Shown here piece by piece: positions 21,438 through 29,471 of a DNA stretch of 32,000 bases; within the stretch, counting starts at the first letter, position 1, and the number at the start of each line of letters is the position of its first letter. The position numbers were made by a program, and so were the translations under genes. This DNA comes from Tahibacter amnicola (GTDB lineage Bacteria; Pseudomonadota; Gammaproteobacteria; Xanthomonadales; Rhodanobacteraceae). The notes beneath the pieces were generated by a model. That model searched no databases, had not been told where the DNA came from, and saw only the letters and a program-made list of their open reading frames with translations. Location: positions 4,707,465 to 4,739,464 of the forward strand of contig NZ_CP104694.1 in assembly GCF_025398735.1 (NCBI RefSeq), written 5' to 3'.

Positions 21438-22319
21438 ATGACTGATACCGCCCTCCTGCTTGAACGCTACCGTCCGTATCGCCCCTGGGTCGAAGTCGGC
21501 TTCTGGGTCTTGCTGGTCACCGTCCATGCCGTGGCGAACAGCATCACGGTGAACATGGACATCCGCCGGGTCGCGCTGGATATCCCTGCTTGGCGGCCGG
21601 TCGTCTGGGAGTTCAGCAGCAATGCGGTCATCCTGCTACTCCTGCCGGCCCTGGTCCTGTTCACCCGGCGCTTTCCGGTCGGCCTGGCCAGCTGGCGCCG
21701 GTACCTGCCGCTCTATCTGGTGGCCAGTGTCGTCTGGTCAGTGCTCCACGTGGTCGGCATGGTCGGCGTGCGCAAGCTGGCCTACAGCGCCTACGGCAGT
21801 GTCTACGATTTCGGTTCCTGGCCGCAGGAGCTGTTCTACGAATACCTCAAGGATGTGCGCAGCTTCGCCTCGATGGTGGCGGTGATCCAGATTTACCGGT
21901 TCGTCCTGCTGCGGCTCCAGGGTGAGGCCTCGCTGCTGCAGGAGCCGGATGTGGGGCCGCCCGTCGAATCGATCGATCGCCCGGACCGGTTCCTGGTGCG
22001 CAAGCTCGGCAAGGAATTCCTCGTCGCAGCCAACGATATCGAGTGGATCCAGGCGTCGGGCAACTACGTGAACCTGCACGTGCGCGGCCGCGACTATCCC
22101 CTGCGAAGCACGATCGGTGGCATCGAGGCGCGGCTGGACCCGCAACGGTTTGCCCGGGTGCATCGCAGCTACATCGTGCACCTGGACCAGGTTTCGATGA
22201 TTGAGCCGCTCGATACCGGCGATGCGCGCCTGCACCTGAAAAATGGTACTGCCCTTCCCTGCAGCCGGCGCTACCGGACCGGTCTGCGGGAGCGCGTCGG
22301 CGCCCCGGTGACCGGCTGA
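21438..22319 (+). CDS. Membrane-anchored LytTR-domain DNA-binding protein (no receiver domain)
   Basis: 293 aa. The N-terminal ~170 aa carry about four hydrophobic helices. The C-terminal LytTR domain reads FLVRKLGKEFLVAANDIEWIQASGNYVNLHVRGRDYPLRSTIGGIEARLDPQRFARVHRSYIVHLDQV. Confidence 0.85.
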   Translation: MTDTALLLERYRPYRPWVEVGFWVLLVTVHAVANSITVNMDIRRVALDIPAWRPVVWEFSSNAVILLLLPALVLFTRRFPVGLASWRRYLPLYLVASVVWSVLHVVGMVGVRKLAYSAYGSVYDFGSWPQELFYEYLKDVRSFASMVAVIQIYRFVLLRLQGEASLLQEPDVGPPVESIDRPDRFLVRKLGKEFLVAANDIEWIQASGNYVNLHVRGRDYPLRSTIGGIEARLDPQRFARVHRSYIVHLDQVSMIEPLDTGDARLHLKNGTALPCSRRYRTGLRERVGAPVTG

Positions 22320-22364
22320 CATCCCGGACTCGCCGCGCGGGAAGGAACACGCTAACCTGCGCCA

Positions 22365-23264
22365 ATGAGCCGGGTGCGCTACTTCCAGATGGACGTATTC
22401 GCCGATCGTGTAGGGGGTGGCAACCCCCTCGGCGTGGTCATCGGCGCGGACGCCTGGCCCTGCGCCGCCATGCAACGGTTCGCCGCCTGGACAGACCTGG
22501 TCGAAACCACCTTCCTGCTGCCGCCAACCTCGCCCCAGGCCAGCTACCGGGTGCGCATTTTTACCCCGCGGCGCGAAATCCCCTTTGCCGGACACCCCAC
22601 CATCGGCAGCGCGCACGCGGCCATCGAAGCGGGGCTGGTCGAAGAAACGGCGGATGCCCTGGTCCAGGAATGCGGCGCCGGCTTGCTGCCGATCCGCGTC
22701 GATCGCTCCGGCACTTCACGCGTCCTTTCGGTAGAAGCCCCGCGTGCACGCGTGCTGGAGCCGGATGCGCTGCATGCCAAGCTGGTGCGCGCCATCCTTG
22801 AACACACGCCACTGGGCCGCCTGCCCCCGGCCTTCGTCGAAGGCGGCCGTCGCTGGTGGATTGCCGAATTAAGCGATGAACCTACTTTGCGGAGCTGGAA
22901 ACCAGATCACGTCGCCATCGGCCGGCTCGCCAAGGCCAGTGACAGCCTCGGCCTGTGCGTGTTCGCCCGCGGCAGCGGTCGCGATTACGACATCGCCGTG
23001 CGCGCCTTTCCGGCGGGCGTCGGCATTGTGGAAGACGCCGCATCCGGCGCGGCCAACGGCCTGATCGCCGCCTGGCTGGCGCAATGCGAGCCCAATGGCC
23101 CGCTCGCCCGCGGCTACCGCGTCAGCCAGGGCCGCGAAATCGGACGCGACGCGCATATCGGCATCCGGATCGAGGACGACGGCGCAGTCTGGGTCGGCGG
23201 TACGACGCATACCGTCATCGACGGCTGGGTGACCTGGCCCCCGGCGCGCGCGGCTACCGCCTGA
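22365..23264 (+). CDS. PhzF family isomerase (phenazine biosynthesis-like protein)
   Basis: 299 aa with MDVFADRVGGGNPLGVV, FAGHPTIGSAHA and IVEDAASGAANG, the PhzF/YddE-type motifs. Confidence 0.9.
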   Translation: MSRVRYFQMDVFADRVGGGNPLGVVIGADAWPCAAMQRFAAWTDLVETTFLLPPTSPQASYRVRIFTPRREIPFAGHPTIGSAHAAIEAGLVEETADALVQECGAGLLPIRVDRSGTSRVLSVEAPRARVLEPDALHAKLVRAILEHTPLGRLPPAFVEGGRRWWIAELSDEPTLRSWKPDHVAIGRLAKASDSLGLCVFARGSGRDYDIAVRAFPAGVGIVEDAASGAANGLIAAWLAQCEPNGPLARGYRVSQGREIGRDAHIGIRIEDDGAVWVGGTTHTVIDGWVTWPPARAATA

Positions 23265-23279
23265 TCGCGCGGCCCTCGC

Positions 23280-23783
23280 TCAGCCACGCACCTCGAACTG
23301 GCTGCGAAACACGGTGTCATCCGATTCCTGTGGCGCGCCGGCCAGGATCCAGTCGTAGATCAAGGCCTGCTCGGCGATCGGAATCGGAATGCGCCCGCGC
23401 GGCATGCGCAGGCCCACATCGGGTGTCTGGCAGTTGAGTTTCTCGAACAGCATGCTGTTCAGCGGCTGGCCCGGCACCACCAGGGTGCGGGTCAGATCCT
23501 GGTTGCTCGGGACGTCCACGAGGTAATACCAGGAAAGACCGGGATTGAGGTCCAGTCCGGCCTCCGGCGAACCTTCCTGCTCGACATGGCAGTTGGCGCA
23601 ACGGTTGTCGAAGATGGGCTGGATGTCCATCGCATAGTTCATGTGCTGCCGCAGCGGCACGGTCTGGATAGAGTCGCAACCGGAGGCCAGCGGCTGTCCA
23701 TCAGCCGTTCCGGGCATCCAGGCGGACGCGGAGCCGGCAAGGCCGAGGCCGCCGAACACCGCGGAAAGAAGCGCACGTCGCAT
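23280..23783 (-). CDS. Secreted mono-haem c-type cytochrome domain protein (PSCyt1-like)
   Basis: 167 aa with signal peptide MRRALLSAVFGGLGLAGSASA. A single CxxCH (IQPIFDNRCANCHV) is followed by GLDL ... LRMPRG ... AEQALIYDWILAGAP. I associate this layout with the Planctomycete cytochrome C (PSCyt1) domain. Confidence 0.7.
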   Translation of the reverse strand: MRRALLSAVFGGLGLAGSASAWMPGTADGQPLASGCDSIQTVPLRQHMNYAMDIQPIFDNRCANCHVEQEGSPEAGLDLNPGLSWYYLVDVPSNQDLTRTLVVPGQPLNSMLFEKLNCQTPDVGLRMPRGRIPIPIAEQALIYDWILAGAPQESDDTVFRSQFEVRG

Positions 23784-23899
23784 GGCAGTCGTCTTGGGGA
23801 ATACCGCGCCAGTCTAGTCATCCGGCGCGGCGGGCACAGTGACCGCCTCCGCGTTCGAAGGCCCTGGGCCGACGAACGGCGGCAAGCGAAGCTGGCGCC

Positions 23900-24280
23900 T
23901 CAGCGGGCGGGGCCGGCCGCGCGCAGGGATCGCGCCAGCAGGCCGATACCCCCGAAGAGCATCACCAGCATGAGCAAGGTCTGGAAAAGACTGGTGGGGC
24001 GGAAATAGATCTGCAGGTTGGCAATCACGCCGGCAATGACGATGACCAGGCCGCCGATGAGCAGCAGCCAGCCGACCACGGACTTGCCGTTGAAGAACAG
24101 CATCGCCACGCCGATGACAAACGGCGCCAGCGACAGGCCGAAGGAGTTGTATCCCCACAGGTTCCAGTGGCCGCCCGACACCACGACCTGGTTCATCAGC
24201 AACCAGCCGCCGGCAACCGCCAGCACGAATCCCAGCAGGAATTCACCGATCCCACCGGGCGTACCGCCCGCACCCGACAT
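23900..24280 (-). CDS. Small integral membrane protein (four predicted helices), unknown function
   Basis: 126 aa from ATG 24280 with a Gly-rich N-terminus followed by four hydrophobic helices. The ORF-track start 24367 adds an Arg/Pro-rich leader, which I reject. No family recognised. Confidence 0.65.
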   Translation of the reverse strand: MSGAGGTPGGIGEFLLGFVLAVAGGWLLMNQVVVSGGHWNLWGYNSFGLSLAPFVIGVAMLFFNGKSVVGWLLLIGGLVIVIAGVIANLQIYFRPTSLFQTLLMLVMLFGGIGLLARSLRAAGPAR

Positions 24281-24443
24281 CGCCACTGGTCTGCTCCCTC
24301 TGATCGTGGGTGGAAAAGTACGGTCTGGAACCGGGCAGGTCAAACGTTTTGAGGTGTGGTGCCGCATCCGCGGGCGTCCGTCCAGTCTGGTCTGGGGCGC
24401 CCCCCTGTGGTTTGATGCGCAGCTTCACGAAATCGGCGCGGGC

Positions 24444-26051
24444 ATGAGCATGATTGAATCGAAGATCGACACGCGGAGTCCCGAGTTCCAGGCCAACGCC
24501 GCGCAGCTGCGCGCCGCGGTCGAGGACCTGCAACACACCATGGCCCGTGTCGCCCTCGGCGGCGGCGAGAAAGCACGCCAGAAACACACCGAACGCGGCA
24601 AATTGCTGCCGCGCGAACGCATCCGGGCGCTGCTGGACCCGGGCTCCCCGTTCCTGGAGCTATCTCCGCTGGCCGCGCACGGCATGTACGACGAGCAGGC
24701 GCCCTGCGCCGGCGTCATTGCCGGCATCGGCCGCGTGCATGGCCGCGAGGTGGTCGTGGTGGCCAACGATGCCACCGTCAAGGGCGGCACCTATTTCCCG
24801 ATCACGGTGAAAAAGCACCTGCGGGCCCAGGAAGTGGCGCTGGAGAACCGTCTGCCCTGCGTCTATCTGGTCGACTCCGGCGGCGCCTTCCTGCCCCTGC
24901 AGGACGAAGTCTTTCCCGACAAGGAGCACTTCGGCCGCATCTTCTACAACCAGGCCCGCCTGAGCGGGCTGGGCATTCCGCAGATCGCCGTCGTGATGGG
25001 CTCGTGCACCGCCGGCGGTGCCTATGTGCCCGCCATGTGCGACGAAACCATCATCGTGAAGGAACAGGGCACGATCTTCCTGGGCGGCCCGCCCCTGGTG
25101 AAGGCCGCAACGGGTGAAGTCGTCGATGCCGAGTCGCTGGGCGGCGCGGACGTGCATACGTCCCTGTCGGGCGTGGCCGACCATTTCGCCGAGAATGACC
25201 AGCACGCCCTCGCCATCGCGCGCGACGTGGTCAAGCACCTCAACCGCACCAAACCGATGCCGCTGGCGGTGCAACCGCCGGTCGAACCGGCCTACCCTGC
25301 CGATGACATCTACGGCATCGTTCCGGCCGATACCCGGCGGCCGTTCGACATCCGCGAAATCATCGCGCGCATCGTCGATGGCTCCGCGCTGCAGGAATTC
25401 AAGGCCCGCTACGGCAAGACCCTGGTCTGCGGCTTTGCCCACATCCACGGCTATCCGGTCGGCATCGTGGCGAACAACGGCATTCTGTTCGCCGAGTCGG
25501 CGCTCAAGGGGGCGCACTTCATCGAGCTGTGCAACCAGCGCAATATCCCGCTGGTCTTCCTGCAGAACATCACCGGCTTCATGGTCGGCAAGAAGTACGA
25601 GAACGCCGGCATCGCCAAGGACGGCGCCAAGATGGTCACGGCCGTCGCCTGCTCGCATGTGCCCAAGTTCACCGTGATCATCGGCGGCAGCTTCGGCGCG
25701 GGCAACTATGCCATGTGCGGTCGCGGCTACCAGCCGCGTTTCCTGTGGATGTGGCCGAATGCGCGCATCAGCGTGATGGGTGGGGAGCAGGCCGCCTCGG
25801 TGCTGGCGACGGTGCGTCGCGACAGCATGGAAGCGGCCGGGCAGAACTGGAGCACGGAGGAAGAGGACGCGTTCAAAGGGCCGATCCGCGCCCAGTATGA
25901 ACGCCAGGGCCACCCCTACTATGCCAGTGCGCGGCTTTGGGACGACGGCGTGATCGATCCGGTGGATACACGGCGCGTACTGGGACTTGCGATCTCCGCC
26001 AGCCTCAATGCGCCGATCGAGCCACAACGCTTCGGTGTTTTCCGCATGTAG
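24444..26051 (+). CDS. Acyl-CoA carboxylase carboxyltransferase (beta) subunit, methylcrotonyl-CoA carboxylase LiuB/MccB type (AtuC type not excluded)
   Basis: 535 aa from ATG 24444, near-colinear with P. aeruginosa LiuB as I remember it. Matching stretches: [87 protein letters not shown]. Confidence 0.93.
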   Translation: MSMIESKIDTRSPEFQANAAQLRAAVEDLQHTMARVALGGGEKARQKHTERGKLLPRERIRALLDPGSPFLELSPLAAHGMYDEQAPCAGVIAGIGRVHGREVVVVANDATVKGGTYFPITVKKHLRAQEVALENRLPCVYLVDSGGAFLPLQDEVFPDKEHFGRIFYNQARLSGLGIPQIAVVMGSCTAGGAYVPAMCDETIIVKEQGTIFLGGPPLVKAATGEVVDAESLGGADVHTSLSGVADHFAENDQHALAIARDVVKHLNRTKPMPLAVQPPVEPAYPADDIYGIVPADTRRPFDIREIIARIVDGSALQEFKARYGKTLVCGFAHIHGYPVGIVANNGILFAESALKGAHFIELCNQRNIPLVFLQNITGFMVGKKYENAGIAKDGAKMVTAVACSHVPKFTVIIGGSFGAGNYAMCGRGYQPRFLWMWPNARISVMGGEQAASVLATVRRDSMEAAGQNWSTEEEDAFKGPIRAQYERQGHPYYASARLWDDGVIDPVDTRRVLGLAISASLNAPIEPQRFGVFRM

Positions 26052-26100
26052 TCTCCGGCAGAACACTGCAGGGAAGCCGCCCCCGGCCACCAGGGGCCCC

Positions 26101-26125
26101 GCCCGGACGGATCCGGGCATTTTTT
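26101..26125 (+). terminator. Classic intrinsic terminator downstream of the carboxyltransferase gene
   Basis: GCCCGGA (26101-26107) pairs with TCCGGGC (26112-26118), with loop CGGA, followed by A + TTTTTT (26120-25). It starts 50 nt after the stop codon. Confidence 0.75.
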
Positions 26126-26126
26126 C

Positions 26127-26140
26127 ACTTTGCACAAAGT
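26127..26140. promoter_or_regulatory. 14-bp palindrome ACTTTGCACAAAGT between the terminator and the hscC start
   Basis: Perfect 6-bp arms with a 2-nt centre. It ends 5 nt before ATG 26146. It could be a DNA operator or an mRNA hairpin. Confidence 0.35.
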
Positions 26141-26145
26141 CCATC

Positions 26146-27828
26146 ATGATTGTCGGAATCGATCTTGGCACCACCCATTCGTTGATCGGCGCGTTCGGCG
26201 ACGAAGGCGCGCGACTGTTTCCCAATGCATTGGGCGATTTCCTGACACCCTCGGTGGTCAGCATCGATGATCGCGGCGAGATCATCATCGGCCAGGCCGC
26301 GCGCGAGCGCCTCGTCACGCACCCCCAGGCCAGCGTGGCGGCGTTCAAGCGCTGGATGGGCACGGCGCGCGAAACCACGCTCGGCAACCGGCATTTCCGC
26401 CCCGAAGAACTTTCGGCGCTGCTGCTTCGCACCCTCATCGCCGATGCCGAGGCGGCGACCGGCGAGAAGGTGACCGAGGCCGTGATCAGCGTGCCGGCCT
26501 ATTTCTCCGACGCACAGCGCAAGGCGACGCGCGCCGCCGGCGAGCTGGCCGGCATCCGCGTCGACCGGTTGATCAACGAACCCACCGCCGCCGCACTCGC
26601 CTACGGCCTGCAGGAGCGCGCCGAAGGCGGCCGCTTCCTGGTGTTTGATCTGGGCGGCGGCACCTTCGATGTCTCCATCCTGGAACTGTTCGACGGCGTG
26701 GTCGAAGTGCACGCCAGCGCCGGCGACAATTTCCTGGGCGGCGAGGATTTCCTCCAGGTGCTCGTGCAGGCTTTCTGTGCCGATCTGGACATCGACCCGG
26801 CTGCGCTCTCGCCTCGCGAATCGGGCCAGTTGCGGCACCGGCTGGAACGCGCCAAGCGCGAACTCAGCCAACAGGCCAGCCTGCGCGTGGAGATTGCCCT
26901 CGGCGGCAAGGAACACTCCTGGGAGATCACCGAAGAGCGCTTCGTGCGCCTGGCTGACCCGCTGGTGCAGCGCCTGCGCGCGCCACTGGAGCGCGCAATG
27001 CGCGACGCGCGCCTGCAACCGCAGGATCTCCAGGAAATCGTGCTGGTCGGCGGCGCTTCGCGCATGCCGCTGGTCGCACGGCTGGTGTCGCGCATGTTCG
27101 GCCGCCTGCCACTGCGCCATGTGAACCCGGACCAGGCCATTGCACTAGGAGCGGCGGTCGCCGCAGGCCTGAAGGCACGCGACCACCGTCTCGAGGAAAT
27201 CATCCTGACAGACGTGTGCCCCTATACGCTGGGTACGCAGGTGTCGCGGCGTGACCACACCGGCGCCCACCAGGCCGGCTTCTTCCATCCCATCATTCAC
27301 CGCAACAGCACGGTGCCAGTCAGCCGTGAAGACACGTTCTGGCCCGTCAGCGAGAACGCCACACGCCTTGTGATCGACGTCTTCCAGGGCGAAAACCCGA
27401 TGGTCGACAACAACATCAAGTTGGGCGAGCTGGAAATTCCGCTACCGCCGAACAAGCGCAACGACGAAAACGCCGTCGTCGTGCGGTTCACCTACGACAT
27501 CAATGGCGCCCTGCAGGTCGAAGCCAAGGTGCGCGCCACCGGGCAGATGCACGAAGTCGTGCTCGAACAAAATCCAGGTCTGCTGACGCCCGCCGAGATC
27601 CGCGCCCGCTTCGCCGCCCTGTCGGAAATCAAGATCCATCCGCGCGGCAAGCAGGAAAACATCGCCGTGCTGGCGCGCGCCGAACGGATGTATGAAGAAC
27701 GCCTGGACGAGCGCGAACGCCTGCAGGAATGGATGGTGCGTTTCCGCGCCATCCTGGAAACCCAGGACGAAAAGTTGATCCGGCAGCACCGCGAAGAACT
27801 TGGCAAGGCGCTGGATTACCTGGAGTAG
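26146..27828 (+). CDS. hscC: HscC-type Hsp70 family chaperone
   Basis: 560 aa from ATG 26146 with an actin-like NBD (GIDLGTTHS, DLGGGTFD). Stretches I recall from E. coli HscC: VEVHASAGDNFLGGEDF, ILTDVCPYTLG, NSTVPVSRE, and a short C-terminal lid with LSEIKIHPRG. It is shorter than DnaK. Confidence 0.9.
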   Translation: MIVGIDLGTTHSLIGAFGDEGARLFPNALGDFLTPSVVSIDDRGEIIIGQAARERLVTHPQASVAAFKRWMGTARETTLGNRHFRPEELSALLLRTLIADAEAATGEKVTEAVISVPAYFSDAQRKATRAAGELAGIRVDRLINEPTAAALAYGLQERAEGGRFLVFDLGGGTFDVSILELFDGVVEVHASAGDNFLGGEDFLQVLVQAFCADLDIDPAALSPRESGQLRHRLERAKRELSQQASLRVEIALGGKEHSWEITEERFVRLADPLVQRLRAPLERAMRDARLQPQDLQEIVLVGGASRMPLVARLVSRMFGRLPLRHVNPDQAIALGAAVAAGLKARDHRLEEIILTDVCPYTLGTQVSRRDHTGAHQAGFFHPIIHRNSTVPVSREDTFWPVSENATRLVIDVFQGENPMVDNNIKLGELEIPLPPNKRNDENAVVVRFTYDINGALQVEAKVRATGQMHEVVLEQNPGLLTPAEIRARFAALSEIKIHPRGKQENIAVLARAERMYEERLDERERLQEWMVRFRAILETQDEKLIRQHREELGKALDYLE

Positions 27829-27831
27829 ACC

Positions 27832-29331
27832 GTGCAGTTCCTGCAATTCCTGGGTCTTGATGCCAGCGCCGACGAGCGCACGATCCGGCGCGCCTATGCC
27901 GTCCGGCTCAAGCGCACGCGTCCGGATGAAGATCCACAGGGTTTCCAGCGGTTGCACGAGGCCTACCAGGCGGCGCTGCGCTGGTCGCGCGAACGGATGG
28001 ACGACGTGCCAGACTCCACGGACGACGAGGAGGAAGCAGACGACGCATCCACCTCGCCCGGCGTCGCGCGAATTCCTCACGAAACGCTCCCAGCTGCCAG
28101 CGCGCAGCACACCCGACTGGCCCAGTCGACCAGCTCGGGCCCGACGCCGTCGACCTCACCGGCGGACGGCATCGACGTGGACGGGCTTGCCGCGCCGCCA
28201 CCCGCGCCCGAGGCCGCCGATGAAGCCTCCGGCCGCAGCTTCGACTTCGGCGCCTACTTTGATGACCTGCGGTACCTGGGAAATGCCGGCGACGCGCAGG
28301 CGATGGCCGATTGGCTGAACGGCCAGCCGGTACTGTGGTCGCTGCAGGCCAAGGCGGCGATTGGCCAGGTCACCATCCGGGCGATCCGTGAACACGGCGC
28401 GCCGATGCCCCGGCAGTGCTACGACGTGCTGCTGCGCTTCTTCGGTTTTGACCAGGTACTGGGAACCCAGGACGCCATGATGCTCAAGTGGCTGGGCGAC
28501 AACGCGCATGTGCGCTGGTGCCTGACCTCGCCATCGCAGGAACCCATCGTCGCGCTGACCGGCCTTTCGACCTACGCCAACCGTCCGCTGAGCGAGTCCG
28601 CCTACCTGCGCGGCCTGCTGGCCCGTCCCTTCACCTGGGCAACGGTGCTCACCGCAGGCCTGCGGCCATTCATGCCCTCGCGCACGCGGCGCTTTCTGCT
28701 GGCGCTTGGTGGGGGACTGCAGTATCCCTTGTCGCCGCCACTGGACACACGCCAGATCGGCTTCTGGCTGCGCGCCGGCGATACCGACGAGATGTCACCG
28801 CAACGATTGGCCATCGGCGCCTCCCGCGCGGGCCTGCTGACCGTGTGCCTGCTGCTGCTTGCACTGATCTACCCGATCCTCCCGGCAAAGCCGATGGTGG
28901 CATTCATCGGTGTCCTGGGCGTCGCGTTCGTGGGCGGATGGGCGGCTCTTGCGCTCTGGTCCGGCGTCACGCAGTGGCAGAACGCGCCCCAGTCTCCGCA
29001 CGAAACGGGGTGGCAGGCCGCGTTGCGCCTGGCGTTTATTCCGCTGCTGGCCGGCACCGGCGCGCTTGCTACCCATTCGGGAGCGCCCGAGCTGGCGGCG
29101 GGCATCCTGGCATTCGGCCTGGCCGTCGCCATCGTCCGGTTCCGACGGCGCGCCGGCTATGGCACCTTCCATCTGTCGGTATGGATGCTGTTCCTGCTAA
29201 TTCCGCTAGCCCGGGTACTGGCCGGGCTCGGCGCCTTCCTCTACTTCATGGCCGACGCCGGTGCTGCCGTGGTACTGGCGATCTGGGCCGTCGACGCCTG
29301 GAAGCACCGCCTGCGCGCACGGACGGCCTGA
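27832..29331 (+). CDS. J-domain (DnaJ-like) polytopic membrane protein, DjlC/DjlB-like partner of HscC, with HPD replaced by RPD
   Basis: 499 aa from GTG 27832, with SD GGAG 6 nt upstream, 3 nt after the hscC TAG. J-domain-like N-terminus FLGLDASADERTIRRAYAVRLKRTRPDEDPQGFQRLHEAYQAAL. This is followed by an acidic run DDVPDSTDDEEEADD, a Pro/Ser/Ala-rich linker and a central soluble region. The last ~175 aa carry at least five hydrophobic helices. Confidence 0.8.
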   Translation: MQFLQFLGLDASADERTIRRAYAVRLKRTRPDEDPQGFQRLHEAYQAALRWSRERMDDVPDSTDDEEEADDASTSPGVARIPHETLPAASAQHTRLAQSTSSGPTPSTSPADGIDVDGLAAPPPAPEAADEASGRSFDFGAYFDDLRYLGNAGDAQAMADWLNGQPVLWSLQAKAAIGQVTIRAIREHGAPMPRQCYDVLLRFFGFDQVLGTQDAMMLKWLGDNAHVRWCLTSPSQEPIVALTGLSTYANRPLSESAYLRGLLARPFTWATVLTAGLRPFMPSRTRRFLLALGGGLQYPLSPPLDTRQIGFWLRAGDTDEMSPQRLAIGASRAGLLTVCLLLLALIYPILPAKPMVAFIGVLGVAFVGGWAALALWSGVTQWQNAPQSPHETGWQAALRLAFIPLLAGTGALATHSGAPELAAGILAFGLAVAIVRFRRRAGYGTFHLSVWMLFLLIPLARVLAGLGAFLYFMADAGAAVVLAIWAVDAWKHRLRARTA

Positions 29332-29423
29332 TCGGCGACACACTTTTTGACCGTGTATCCGGCCAACCCCTACCGCTCGGCGGCGGCCATCGTCAACGTG
29401 TGCGGCACGTCTCGCCGTAAATG

Positions 29424-29444
29424 CAGACTGGTGCGTACAGTCTG
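29424..29444. promoter_or_regulatory. Inverted repeat CAGACTG-N7-CAGTCTG upstream of the DUF1800 gene
   Basis: Perfect 7-bp arms at 29424-29430 and 29438-29444, 28 nt upstream of ATG 29472. Confidence 0.3.
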
Positions 29445-29471
29445 GCGTTGCCAGTCCGGGGAAAACTCACT

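Noticed and set aside
26036-26149. Possible upstream ORF ending in TGA overlapping the hscC ATG (ATGA at 26146-26149)
   Set aside because: The only in-frame start is a GTG inside the carboxyltransferase coding region, and the ORF runs through the terminator hairpin. It has no SD and a Pro/Arg/Gly-rich translation, so the ATGA is probably coincidental.
24660-26438. 592-aa minus-strand ORF
   Set aside because: It is antisense to the carboxyltransferase and hscC genes, both of which are near-colinear with known proteins. It even spans the intergenic terminator. Its composition is Arg/Ala/Gly/His-rich.
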